Numbered from the stretch's first letter, positions 36,533 through 51,048 are shown. The stretch is 64,000 nucleotides of DNA from Eledone cirrhosa (GCA_964016885.1 OZ024750.1:42594001-42658000), one strand, 5' to 3'. Program-made: numbers and translations. The notes: a model not told the origin generated them from the letters alone.

Positions 36533-37662
36533 TCATCATCACCGTTTTACGTCCGTTCTTCCACGCTAGCATGGGTTAGACGGGTTGTCCTGTTGTGGGC
36601 AGTGTCTGGTCGGCTGACCATGCCTTGCTCATACAGGAACTGATCTGGCTTGATTTCTACAGCTGGATGCCCTTCCTAACGCCAACCTCATTTACAGTGA
36701 GTGCTGGGTGCTTTTTCGTGGCGCCTACACGTCCACTTTACAGTGTGGGCTGGGTGCTTTTTTGCCGTGGCACCTCCACGACCACCTTGCGGTGGGGGGA
36801 GTGGGGGCATATTGTTTATATGCTTCAGCATGTACCCATGGGAGGTCGGGTACCCTGTATTACTGCGTGACGCCAGAAGTCACGGTCGTGTGTCATTGTC
36901 TTTGAGAGGTGTAGTTGGGTAAGGTCGGCTTTTATCACCTCATCCCAAGTCATCTTGGGTCTCCCCACTCCGCGGTTTCCATCAACTTCTAGTGCTCTGC
37001 ACCTTTTTATGCAGCTGTCATCCTTCATATGCATCACATGTCCATACCAGCGTAACCGCCTCTCCTGCACGCAGCATTTGATTCCTCTTATGCTCAGTCT
37101 CTCTCTCAATTCCTTTATGCTTTGTCGTTCACGTATATTACTGTTACACATCCATCGGAACATGCAGGCTTCGTTTCTCTCTAATCTACATAAGTCTTCC
37201 ACCTTCAGCGCCCAGGTCTCACTACCATGCAACATCGCTGTTCGGATACACGCATCATACAGTCTGCCTTTCATTCTGAGGGAGAAGCCTTTTGCAGCTA
37301 GCAGTGGTAGTAGTTCCCTAAACTTCTTCCATCCCGTTCTTACCCTAGTTATTGTACTTTCTGAGCACCCACCTCCGTTGCTAATTCGGTCACCTAGGTA
37401 GCAGAAGCTGTCTACTGTTTCTACAGGGCCCTCCCAGAGATTGGTGGTACTTGTTTCCTGTGGCTGTTTGCTTGCTGTTTCAGCACAGCTGCTGCATGTG
37501 AATCCTACATTCTTAATTAAGCTTCCTGAGATCCCGCTACATCTCTTGTGTACCCATTGTTTGCATTTGGGGCAGAGAATGGAGTTCCTACCTACACCTT
37601 TCCTACATACTGAGCAAGGCCATTTCCCTGAGGGGATCTGGGTTCTGTTTTCTCATCTACTT

Positions 37663-37663
<1 letters not shown>
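36530..37663 (-). mobile_element. 5'-truncated copy of the RTE at 27361-30851
   Basis: Near-identical to 27361-28502; ORF 36825..37274 matches the C-terminus. Confidence 0.93.
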
Positions 37664-37704
<41 letters not shown>

Positions 37705-37813
37705 GAGAAAACCGAGTTAATAACTCGCATTAAGAGCTCAAAGTAACTGGGCTCTTTATAATACATAGAAATGAACACACATGAAAGTATGTTTTGAATT
37801 ATGAGGGCTGATA

Positions 37814-38561
37814 TCTGTTTATATTTAAAGATAAAGTTTTCTGTGTGTGTGTGTGGACAATTTTTAATGAGGGCTCATAATTCTAAACCATTCATGCTAT
37901 TTCTTTGAAATTTTTTACAGAGCTTCTCCTTGCACAAAACCTGTACATGATCTACAAAGGCTTTCAAAAATCGATATTGGGGCCTTTGGAGACATTAAAA
38001 AAGTTTCGGTTATTTGTGTCAATTTTCGTGATTAAGTAAGACAAGAGTTATCTTTCGTCAATACAACCTTTCATCAATCATTTTTGATGACGTTGGCTGT
38101 TCTCGAGTTGGTAATCCTGACAACCTATTTATTTATGCTCCTGACGGGAAAACCAAAAATGTTGTGTATAAATCTGCTCTACAATAATCCAAAAGACAAT
38201 GGGTGCTCCCACCCAACATCCACCTCTTTATATAACGATTTGCTCATCCATCAGTTCCCCCCTGTTATGTCCAATCTGTGTTGTTATTCCAAACTATGTA
38301 TAGAATAGTGTCTATTATTCCCTTCACTTCTCTATTTCATGATGCGCTTTTACTGTTGTCAAAAAAATTTATACCTAGATTGGATTTCTGTTGATACATA
38401 GTATAATGGATGACACCGAGCTCACATATTAATTATTTCGCTGGAATAGTGCCTAAGGTTTTCATGTTTACATAAAGTACGTTTTTCTTCTATGTATTCA
38501 AATTTACTTTGTTTAGTTTAATGAGCTACTTGAACCGTCCAAAGGACGGGTACTTTAGCTA

Positions 38562-38562
<1 letters not shown>
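37814..38562 (+). mobile_element. Non-autonomous Helitron retaining the RepHel helicase C-terminus
   Basis: 38092-38187 translates VGCSRVGNPDNLFIYAPDGKTKNVVYKSALQ*; hairpin ccgtccaaaggacgg, then CTAG|T. Confidence 0.85.
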
Positions 38563-38604
<42 letters not shown>

Positions 38605-38658
38605 TAAACAAATAATGAATAAAACAATGAAACAGTTCCTTATATTAAACAAAAAAAG

Positions 38659-38813
38659 TTCATTATTTAACGATCGTTTCTAGGATATATATGTGTTAGA
38701 ATTGGCATGCATATTCAACAGATCTATGTACAAAATTATACAAAATTATACAAACTATCAAGATTAAATATACATACCAAACACACATATACGCCGTCTT
38801 CAGAAATAATGAA
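38659..38813 (-). ncRNA. Type I hammerhead ribozyme (inverted copy)
   Basis: Reverse complement of 47569-47723. Confidence 0.75.
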
Positions 38814-39435
38814 ATATATTTATTGATAATAATAACAATTCAAAATTTCAGGTCCGTTTGGGAACAAAATTGACCAATGAAAATACAAAAGGTTATATGC
38901 AGTTTGGCGTGTGTATATACATGTAACTACCCCGTACACATATTTATACAAAGATGTATGCTCAACATGCATACGCATGCCAAAAAGATGCATGCAAATA
39001 CAAAATTTCAAGGTTAATGTCTCTGTAAGTTTATAATGCACAGATAAGATGCGTATAGACACATAAATATGAAATAAGTGTATACACATATTCTCATACT
39101 CACACATATCCGTACACTCACACACACTCGCGCGTATATGCATAAACATACACATAATTACGAACATACATACACACAACACACCCCCACACACATATAT
39201 ATATGTGGATATAATATCATCATAAGCACATGGATATTAATTCACTCACATAAACACTGCCACACACATTTAGATCAAGATACAGAAATTAGGTGGGAGG
39301 GGGGGAGAGGTCAGTATTCAACGGTTTGGGCAGACTGCTTATTTATAGATGTATCTATAAACTAAGAAATAAAAAATAAAAATTAAAAAGGAAAGAAAAG
39401 AAAAAGAAAAAAGAAAAAAGAAATATATCAAGAAA

Positions 39436-39498
<63 letters not shown>

Positions 39499-39592
39499 CA
39501 CATACATATACACACATCTACACTTAGAACACACATACACACACATATATAAACATATACATATACAGACATACACACATATACACACATAC

Positions 39593-39649
<57 letters not shown>

Positions 39650-40166
39650 TACACATATAATCACACATACATATATAGACACACATATATATACACATAC
39701 ACGCACATATACATACACATACATACTTATATACATACAGATATACACATACATACCTATATATACACACAAATACATACAGACATACATACATACATAC
39801 ACACAAATACTTACGCATCCATATATCGGTATATACATACAAACACCACTACACTCTCACACAACTCAGACATACAAAGAAAAAGGTATATACCTATACA
39901 CATATACACATACAAATAGAGATACATATACATATATATATATATATACACATATATATATATATATATATACATACACATATACACACATATACATACA
40001 TACACATACATACATGTACTCACACATACATATACATACATATACACATACACACATACATATATAGTCATACACACACATACACCTACACGAACATACA
40101 CATACACATATATAAAGATATATATAGACACACACACATACACACACACACATATATATAAAATAA

Positions 40167-40237
<71 letters not shown>

Positions 40238-40798
40238 CACATATACATAGACATATATGTACATACATACACACACATACATACATATACACATATATAT
40301 ATATATATATATACACACATAGACACATACATACATACACACACAACATACATACACACACATATATACTCATACATAGACATAGATATATATTCATACA
40401 TACATACGCACTTACATATACTCATATATACAAATACATACGCATCCATATATGCGTATATACATACAAACACCACTACACTCTCACACAACTCAGACAT
40501 ACAAAGAAAAAGGTATATACATATACATATATACACACACTAATAGAGATACATATACACATATATATATATACACATATATACACATACATTTATATAT
40601 ATACACCCACACACACATACAACCATAAACACACATACAAACACACACATACACACATATATACATACATATATATACACACACACAAAAAAAACACACA
40701 TACACATATATATTTTTTTACCCATATATATACATATATATAGACATATACACACCCTCACATATACACACATACACATAAGTTATATTATAATAATA

Positions 40799-40847
<49 letters not shown>

Positions 40848-40880
40848 CGAATATAGACATATATACACACATAGATATAC

Positions 40881-40916
<36 letters not shown>

Positions 40917-41084
40917 TCACATATATATGTGCGCACACGTACATATATACACATACACACATATACACATAAACATATACATGTGCATACATGTACATAC
41001 ACACATATAGCCACATAGATACGAAGATAGACATATATATAGAGAGATATACATATATATACACATATATATATACACATACAT

Positions 41085-41125
<41 letters not shown>

Positions 41126-41925
41126 TACACGCCCACACACATATACACATATACACATATATATATATATACATATACACACATATATACACATGCATAT
41201 ATACACATATATATATATACATACACACACATATATATACACACAATCTTACATTCTTATTTGCATGCGCATATATGTATTTTTATATTCAGATATAAAT
41301 ACCCAAACATATATACACCTACCTACATATATATTCATACATACACGCTTACAAACACAGATGATAATAGTATGGGGGAAAGGGGGGGGGGGGGTTGGAG
41401 AAGGGGATTATAGTAAATATATGTTTCAAGAAACATAGAATATTATCTGTATCTGGATCCCAATATATGTTTTTTTACATAGTTTCAGTGTTAGGAAATA
41501 CAAGAAATAAGGCAAAATTATGCATTTCAAAATAAGTATACCATTAATTATATGTTAACTAAACTAAAGATAGTTAACATATTGATTTCTAAGGTGTAAA
41601 TTAGTTAGGTTTATAATATTTGAAGCAGAATTTTGAAGTTAAATAGTAGTAGAGTATTAATTATAGTATAACTAAATTAAAGTTATTAACATTATGGTAT
41701 CAATATTAGGAAATGAATTTAGTAATAGGGAAAAAACAAATAAAGTATTACATCGGTAGTAGAATATAAATTATAGGTTAACTAAATTAAAAATTATATA
41801 TTAATTTCCATAGTATATGTTAATTAGGTATATAATAAATAAAACAGATATTGTATTTTATCAATAGCAGAATATAATTATATGCAAATAGAAATCAAAA
41901 TTAATACACATACATATACATATAC

Positions 41926-41972
<47 letters not shown>

Positions 41973-42219
41973 TACATACACATACATATACATACATACA
42001 TATACATATTTTTTCAAAAATTGCAAAGAATATATTAACTAGGTATACATCCAAAACACATCCCATTCTATGATTACATGACACTCTGCAATCCGTCTGT
42101 ATAAGGATACTAATTTTAAGCCAATTAAATTAAATTTTTAGGTTGACTAAATTTAAAACCAAATTATAAATATATTTCTAAAATGTATATTAATTAGGTC
42201 TATAATACTAAAAATTATT

Positions 42220-43956
42220 GGTTTAAAAATATTAGATGTAAATCTTCTGCTTCATTTCTACAATTTGATATAGATAATTACTATTCTTCTATATCACCTA
42301 TACTCCTGAACAAAGCATTGATATTTGCTAAAAATAGATCTAACTTAACTTTGGATGACATTAATATTATTACACATGCTAGACTAACACTTATTGAATT
42401 TCAGAATGAATACTGGACCAGAAACACATATAGTAATCTATTTGATATTACTATGGGTTCAAGCGATTCCGCCCAAATTACTGATCTTGTGGGCCTCTTT
42501 CTCCTTTTCAACATAAATGCCTCCTTTCCCCACCTCAAAGGTGGTTTATATCGTGATGACTGTCTTCTTCTTTCTAACAACCTTAGCCTTTCAGAAATTG
42601 AAAAAAACAAAAAACATATTAGAACTTTCCTTAAAGACTATTATAATCTTCATATTACTTTTGAAAAAACAAGTAAGGTAGTAAATTTCCTAGATATAAC
42701 TTTAGATTTAGCTACGGGTATCTACCAACCTTACCATAAACCAAACCAAAACTTACATTACATACACTCACAATCTAATCACCCTAAATCTATCCTTAAA
42801 AACCTTGCATATAATATATCACTTAGAATTTCTAACCTTTCTTCTAACCAAGATGTATTTGATAAAAATGCGACCTTCTATAACGAAGCTCTAGATAGAA
42901 GTGGCCACAAAAATAGATTAGAATATATACCTTCTACTAAAAATACTAAAAGCATACAACCTAATATTACCAACAAACACCAAATGAAAAGTACACACCT
43001 AAATGCCACCCACACTATACCCCAAAATACCAAATCTTCTAATATAAAATATAGTAACTCTCAAAAAACTACTCATCATACAACTCTAATAAATATTAAT
43101 AATAAAACTCCTAATAAAAAAGATAAAACACCTAAATCTACAAATATAACTAAAAATGGTTGTGGTGAGATCATTAACATTAATCCTCCTAGTAAACATC
43201 ACGATACAACCTATAAAAATAATAAAAATAATAAACAACATAGAAACCGTAATAGACGCGTTACTTGGTATAATGCTCCATTTAATTTACAAATTAAGGA
43301 TAATATTGCTAAAAAATTTTTTTATATCCTAGAGAAAAACTTCCCGCCAAACCACAAATACCATCAAATCTTAAATAGGTCTACAGTTAAATTCTCATAC
43401 TCAACAACAAATAACATAAAACAAAATATAAGTGCCTATAATGCATATAAATGTAAGAAAACCATAAGTATACCACCAGTACATCAAATTAACCATAATA
43501 TCTCCTCAAATACAGAATTAACGAAAGGTTGTAACTGTAGAAACAAAGCAAACTGCCCATTAAAAGGGAATTGTCTTGTTAACAACATAGTCTATAAATG
43601 TAATGTTAAAACTAAAGATTCTATTTGCTCATATATAGGAGCTACCTCTAACAATTTTAAGACAAGGTTTAATACCCACAAGCATAGTTTTAAAAATGCC
43701 GCACTGGCTAATACAACATCTCTAGCAGAAAAAAATCAATAGTTATAAAAATAAGAATATAGAATATGATTTGACCTGGAGTGTGCTCAAAAGAGCCACC
43801 CCTTATCAAAATAATAGAAATGAATGTAGATTATGTTCCCAAGAACTATTTGAAATAATGAAATCTAAGGATATCCTATTAAATAAACGACAGGAATTAA
43901 TTATATCGTGTAATCATAAACTAAAAAAAACATTTAAATATTATAAACCTAATTAA
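42220..43956 (+). pseudogene. 5'-truncated Penelope-like RT plus GIY-YIG endonuclease, one frameshift near 43735
   Basis: FLQFDIDNYYSSI, MGSSDSA, LYRDD, NFLDITL, SNHP; linker CNCRNKANCPLKGNC; IVY..YIG, FKTRFNTH; CRLC..E, LLN, CNH. Confidence 0.9.
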
Positions 43957-44448
43957 TAACATTATTTTAGAAATTAATTTAATTTAAATGTTAGTTAACC
44001 TATAAATTTAATTTAATTAAAATTCTACTACAGATGAGAATATAAAATATTGTGTAATCATAAATTGTGAAAAACCTTTAAATATTACTAATATATACTT
44101 AGTAATTTAATTTATAGATTAATTTTAATTTATTTAAACCTTTTATTAAAATTCCTTTACAGATAAAATATAACAAAATATCGTGTATCCAATGACAGAG
44201 AAATAATTTTTAGTATTATAGACCTAATTAATATACATTTTAGAAATATATTTATAATTTGGTTTTAAATTTAGTCAACCTAAAAATTTAATTTAATTGG
44301 CTTAAAATTAGTATCCTTATACAGACGGATTGCAGAGTGTCATGTAATCATAGAATGGGATGTGTTTTGGATGTATACCTAGTTAATATATTCTTTGCAA
44401 TTTTTGAAAAAATATGTATATGTATGTATGTATATGTATGTGTATGTA

Positions 44449-44503
<55 letters not shown>

Positions 44504-45302
44504 GTATATGTATATGTATGTGTATTAATTTTGATTTCTATTTGCATATAATTATATTCTGCTATTGATAAAATACAATATCTGTTTTATTTATTATATA
44601 CCTAATTAACATATACTATGGAAATTAATATATAATTTTTAATTTAGTTAACCTATAATTTATATTCTACTACCGATGTAATACTTTATTTGTTTTTTCC
44701 CTATTACTAAATTCATTTCCTAATATTGATACCATAATGTTAATAACTTTAATTTAGTTATACTATAATTAATACTCTACTACTATTTAACTTCAAAATT
44801 CTGCTTCAAATATTATAAACCTAACTAATTTACACCTTAGAAATCAATATGTTAACTATCTTTAGTTTAGTTAACATATAATTAATGGTATACTTATTTT
44901 GAAATGCATAATTTTGCCTTATTTCTTGTATTTCCTAACACTGAAACTATGTAAAAAAACATATATTGGGATCCAGATACAGATAATATTCTATGTTTCT
45001 TGAAACATATATTTACTATAATCCCCTTCTCCAACCCCCCCCCCCCTTTCCCCCATACTATTATCATCTGTGTTTGTAAGCGTGTATGTATGAATATATA
45101 TGTAGGTAGGTGTATATATGTTTGGGTATTTATATCTGAATATAAAAATACATATATGCGCATGCAAATAAGAATGTAAGATTGTGTGTATATATATGTG
45201 TGTGTATGTATATATATATATGTGTATATATGCATGTGTATATATGTGTGTATATGTATATATATATATATGTGTATATGTGTATATGTGTGTGGGCGTG
45301 TA

Positions 45303-45333
<31 letters not shown>

Positions 45334-45509
45334 GTGTGTATGTATGTGTATATATATATATGTGTATATATATGTATGTCTCTCTATATATATGTCTATC
45401 TTCGTATCTATGTGGCTATATGTGTGTATGTACATGTATGCACATGTATATGTTTATGTGTATATGTGTGTATGTGTATATATGTACGTGTGCGCACATA
45501 TATATGTGA

Positions 45510-45547
<38 letters not shown>

Positions 45548-45578
45548 GTATATCTATGTGTATATATGTCTATATTCG

Positions 45579-45623
<45 letters not shown>

Positions 45624-46184
45624 TATTATTATAATATAACTTATGTGTATGTGTGTATATGTGAGGGTGTGTATATGTCTATATATATGTATATATATGG
45701 GTAAAAAAATATATATGTGTATGTGTGTTTTTTTTGTGTGTGTGTATATATATGTATGTATATATGTGTGTATGTGTGTGTTTGTATGTGTGTTTATGGT
45801 TGTATGTGTGTGTGGGTGTATATATATAAATGTATGTGTATATATGTGTATATATATATATGTGTATATGTATCTCTATTAGTGTGTGTATATATGTATA
45901 TGTATATACCTTTTTCTTTGTATGTCTGAGTTGTGTGAGAGTGTAGTGGTGTTTGTATGTATATACGCATATATGGATGCGTATGTATTTGTATATATGA
46001 GTATATGTAAGTGCGTATGTATGTATGAATATATATCTATGTCTATGTATGAGTATATATGTGTGTGTATGTATGTTGTGTGTGTATGTATGTATGTGTC
46101 TATGTGTGTATATATATATATATATATGTGTGTATATGTATGTATGTGTGTGTATGTATGTACATATATGTCTATGTATATGTG

Positions 46185-46215
<31 letters not shown>

Positions 46216-46734
46216 CTTTATTTTATATATATGTGTGTGTGTGTATGTGTGTGTGTCTATATATATCTTTATATATGTGTATGTGTATGTTCGTGTAGGT
46301 GTATGTGTGTGTATGACTATATATGTATGTGTGTATGTGTATATGTATGTATATGTATGTGTGAGTACATGTATGTATGTGTATGTATGTATATGTGTGT
46401 ATATGTGTATGTATATATATATATATATATATGTGTATATATATATATATATGTATATGTATCTCTATTTGTATGTGTATATGTGTATAGGTATATACCT
46501 TTTTCTTTGTATGTCTGAGTTGTGTGAGAGTGTAGTGGTGTTTGTATGTATATACCGATATATGGATGCGTAAGTATTTGTGTGTATGTATGTATGTATG
46601 TCTGTATGTATTTGTGTGTATATATAGGTATGTATGTGTATATCTGTATGTATATAAGTATGTATGTGTATGTATATGTGCGTGTATGTGTATATATATG
46701 TGTGTCTATATATGTATGTGTGATTATATGTGTA

Positions 46735-46789
<55 letters not shown>

Positions 46790-46883
46790 GTATGTGTGTA
46801 TATGTGTGTATGTCTGTATATGTATATGTTTATATATGTGTGTGTATGTGTGTTCTAAGTGTAGATGTGTGTATATGTATGTG

Positions 46884-46946
<63 letters not shown>

Positions 46947-47568
46947 TTTCTTGATATATTTCTTTTTTCTTTTTTCTTTTTCTTTTCTTTCCTTTTTAAT
47001 TTTTATTTTTTATTTCTTAGTTTATAGATACATCTATAAATAAGCAGTCTGCCCAAACCGTTGAATACTGACCTCTCCCCCCCTCCCACCTAATTTCTGT
47101 ATCTTGATCTAAATGTGTGTGGCAGTGTTTATGTGAGTGAATTAATATCCATGTGCTTATGATGATATTATATCCACATATATATATGTGTGTGGGGGTG
47201 TGTTGTGTGTATGTATGTTCGTAATTATGTGTATGTTTATGCATATACGCGCGCGTGTGTGTGAGTGTACGGATATGTGTGTGTATGAGAATATGTGTAT
47301 ACACTTATTTCATATTTATGTGTCTATACGCATCTTATCTGTGCATTATAAACTTACAGAGACATTAACCTTGAAATTTTGTATTTGCATGCATCTTTTT
47401 GGCATGCGTATGCATGTTGAGCATACATCTTTGTATAAATATGTGTACGGGGTAGTTACATGTATATACACACGCCAAACTGCATATAACCTTTTGTATT
47501 TTCATTGGTCAATTTTGTTCCCAAACGGACCTGAAATTTTGAATTGTTGTTATTATCAATAAATATAT

Positions 47569-47723
47569 TTCATTATTTCTGAAGACGGCGTATATGTGTG
47601 TTTGGTATGTATATTTAATCTTGATAGTTTGTATAATTTTGTATAATTTTGTACATAGATCTGTTGAATATGCATGCCAATTCTAACACATATATATCCT
47701 AGAAACGATCGTTAAATAATGAA
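47569..47723 (+). ncRNA. Type I hammerhead ribozyme with extended stem II
   Basis: ttcattattt-CTGAAGA-(~115-nt stem-loop)-GAAA-cgatcg-TT-aaataatgaa; perfect 10-bp stem I, palindromic stem III. Confidence 0.8.
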
Positions 47724-47917
47724 CTTTTTTTGTTTAATATAAGGAACTGTTTCATTGTTTTATTCATTATTTGTTTAATATTTTATCTTGACTCTGTATA
47801 CCGTTTATCTTTCACCGAAAGTGATTTTTCATTGCATCTCTTCTTTCCATGATATCCGGATTACATTGAGTTCTTCATACGGATTGGACACTACCGTAAA
47901 CTCTTGGTAGATTTATC

Positions 47918-47984
<67 letters not shown>

Positions 47985-48274
47985 TCATCATCGTTTAACG
48001 TCCATCTTCCACGCTAGCATGGGTTAGACAGGTTTGTTCCATTTGATGCAGGTATGGTCAGGAGACCCGGCATACAAGTCAACATTTGGAGCCTAAAAAT
48101 ATAAAATGTGAACCTTTACCACTGAGGGGTAAACAGTGAAACTGCCTGCCTAACACTCGTTGTACACCACTTACTATAACTCTAGCAGCCCACCACAATT
48201 ATTTCCTACTGAACCTCATATTTGTTAAGTCGATTTAACGTAGAGATTATAATATCCATGACTTGCTGTAGCTC

Positions 48275-50100
48275 ATAGGGTAGGTTACCATAGGGTAGCT
48301 TACCATAGGTTAGGTTACCATAGGGTAGGTTAGCACAGGGTAGGTTACCATAGGTTAGGTTACTGTAGGTTAGGTTACCATAGGGTAGGTTAGCACAGGG
48401 TAGGTTACCATAGGGTAGGTTACCATAGGTTAGGTTACCATAGGGTAGATTAGCACAGGGTAGGTTACCATAGGTTAGGTTACTGTAGGTTAGGTTACCA
48501 TAGGGTAGGTTATCGTAGGGTAGGTTAGCATAGGGTAGGTTACCATAGGTTAGGTTACTGTAGGATAGGTTACCATAGGGTAGGTTACCGTAGGGTAGGT
48601 TAGCATAGGTTAAGTTACCATAGGGCAGGTTAGTATAGGTTAGGTTACCATGGGGTAGGTTACCATATGGTAGGTTACCATAGGATAGGTTACCATAGGT
48701 TAAGTTACCGTAGAGTAGGTAACCATAGGGTAGGTTACTGTAGGGTAGGTTAACATAGGTTAGGTTACCATAGATTAGGTTACCATAGGGTAGGTTAGCA
48801 CAGGGTAGGTTACCATAGGTTAGGTTACTGTAGGTTAGGTTACCATAGGGTAGGTTACCGTAGGGTAGGTTAGCATAGGGTAGGTTAAAATAGGTTAGGT
48901 TACTGTAGGATAGGTTACCATAGGGTAGGTTACCGTAGGGTAGGTTAGCATAGGTTAAGTTACCATAGGGCAGGTTAGTATAGGTTAGGTTACCATGGGG
49001 TAGGTTACCATAGGATAGGTTACCATAGGTTAAGTTACCGTCGAGTAGGTAACCATAGGGTAGGTTACTGTAGGGTAGGTTAACATAGGTTAGGTTACCA
49101 TAGATTAGGTTACCATAGGGTAGGTTACCATAGGTTAGGTTACCATAGGGTAGGTTACCATAGGGTAGGTTAGCATAGGTTATGTTACCATAGGGAAGGT
49201 TAGCATAGGTTAGGTTACCATAGGTTAGGTTACCATAGGGTAGGTTACCATAGGTTAGGTTACCATAGGGTAGGTTACCATAGGGTAGGTTAGAATAGGT
49301 TAGGTTACCATAGGGTAGGTTAGCATAGGGTAGGTTACTATAGGGTATGTTAGCATAGGTTAGGTTACCATAGGGTAGGTTACCATAGGGTAGGTTAGCA
49401 TAGGTTAGGTTACCATAGGGTAGGTTACCATAGGGTAGGTTAGCATAGGTTAGGTTACCATAGGGAACGTTAGCATAGGTTAGGTTACCATAGGGTAGGT
49501 TACTATAGGGTATGTTAGCATAGGTTAGGTTACCATAGGGTAGGTTACTATAGGGTATGTTAGCATAGGTTAGGTTACCATAGGGTAGGTTACCATAGGG
49601 TAGGTTACTATAGGGTTTGTTAGCATAGGTTAGGTTACCATAGGGTAGGTTACCATAGGGTAGGTTAGCATAGGTTAGGTTACCATAGGGTAGGTTACCA
49701 TAGGGTAGGTTACCATAGGGTAGGTTAGCATAGGTTAGGTTACCATAGGGTAGGTTACTATAGGGTATGTTAGCATAGGTTAGGTTACCATAGGGTAGGT
49801 TACTATAGGGTATGTTAGCATAGGTTAGGTTACCATAGGGTAGGTTACCATAGGGTAGGTTAGCATAGGTTAGGTTACCATAGGGTAGGTTACCATAGGG
49901 TAGGTTACCATAGGGTAGGTTAGCATAGGTTAGGTTACCATAGGGTAGGTTACCATAGGGTAGGTTAGCATAGGGTAGGTTAGCATAGGTTAGGTTACCA
50001 TAGGGTAGGTTACCATAGGGTAGGTTACTATAGGGTTTGTTAGCATAGGTTAGGTTACCATAGGGTAGGTTACCATAGGGTAGGTTACTATATGTTTGGT
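48275..50100. repeat. 15-bp minisatellite (taggttaccataggg and variants), ~1.8 kb
   Basis: Built from the pentamers TAGGT, TACCA/TAGCA and TAGGG. Confidence 0.95.
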
Positions 50101-50331
50101 AAAGTAGGTTTTAGAAGTGTCTTAGCCTTTAGCGTGCCACTAAATGTTTTGAATTATTTCTCCTGCAACAGCCTTATTTTTTTAGGGTCGGCTTATCCCA
50201 TGAATATAGATCTAAACCGAATCTTACACAAATTTTAGGGGTCGAACTAGGGGTTGGCCTTGTGGTAGTGTTGGGGGTGGTGGTGGTGGTGGTGGTGGTG
50301 GTTGTGGTATTGGTGGTGATGGTGGTGACAA

Positions 50332-50369
<38 letters not shown>

Positions 50370-50393
50370 CTACTCATGTACAAAAACACAGTA

Positions 50394-50496
<103 letters not shown>

Positions 50497-50515
50497 ATAT
50501 ATATATATATATATA

Positions 50516-50561
50516 AGTATGTATACGTACATACATATATGTATACAGACGTACAGTAGTA

Positions 50562-50609
<48 letters not shown>

Positions 50610-51048
50610 TGCACACATATATATATGTATGTATGGATTCACCGAACATTTATTATAATGCTCAGTGTGTTTGTAAACAAACATCCCGAATTAAGCCGTA
50701 CAGTGTCTAGCAACCATTGTTGGAAAGTATATACTTCAAGGAAAGTATATACTTTCAGACGTTCAACCATTTGGCAGGAAGGTATACGATGCTGACGATA
50801 GTTAATAAGCTTGAAACTAGTACATCGTTCCTGTGTCAGTGTTGAACAAAAAGGTGACGTGGTTGCCTAAACACTGTACGGCGTAATTCGGACTGTTTGT
50901 TTGTTTACAAACAAACAAACCGAGCATTATAGTAAGTGTTCGGTAAACCGATACGTGCATATATATATGTGTGCATGTATGTATATATATATACATACTA
51001 CTGTGCGTCTGTATACATATATGTATGTATACATACATACATACTTAC
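50516..51048. mobile_element. Foldback/MITE-like element with diverged ~190-bp inverted arms
   Basis: 50516-50716 versus 50860-51048; one arm recurs at ~34575-34755. Confidence 0.6.

Larger units (their letters stand above)
38596..47920 (+). mobile_element. Penelope-like element 1 with 3.6-kb inverted arms
   Basis: Arms 38596-42219 and 44202-47786 flank an RT/GIY-YIG fragment; unique tail to ~47920; (TA)n on both outer sides. Confidence 0.9.

Noticed and set aside
39339-47043. Tyr/Ile/Val/Cys-rich ORFs
   Set aside because: Translations of (TA)/(TG)/(TATG) microsatellites.
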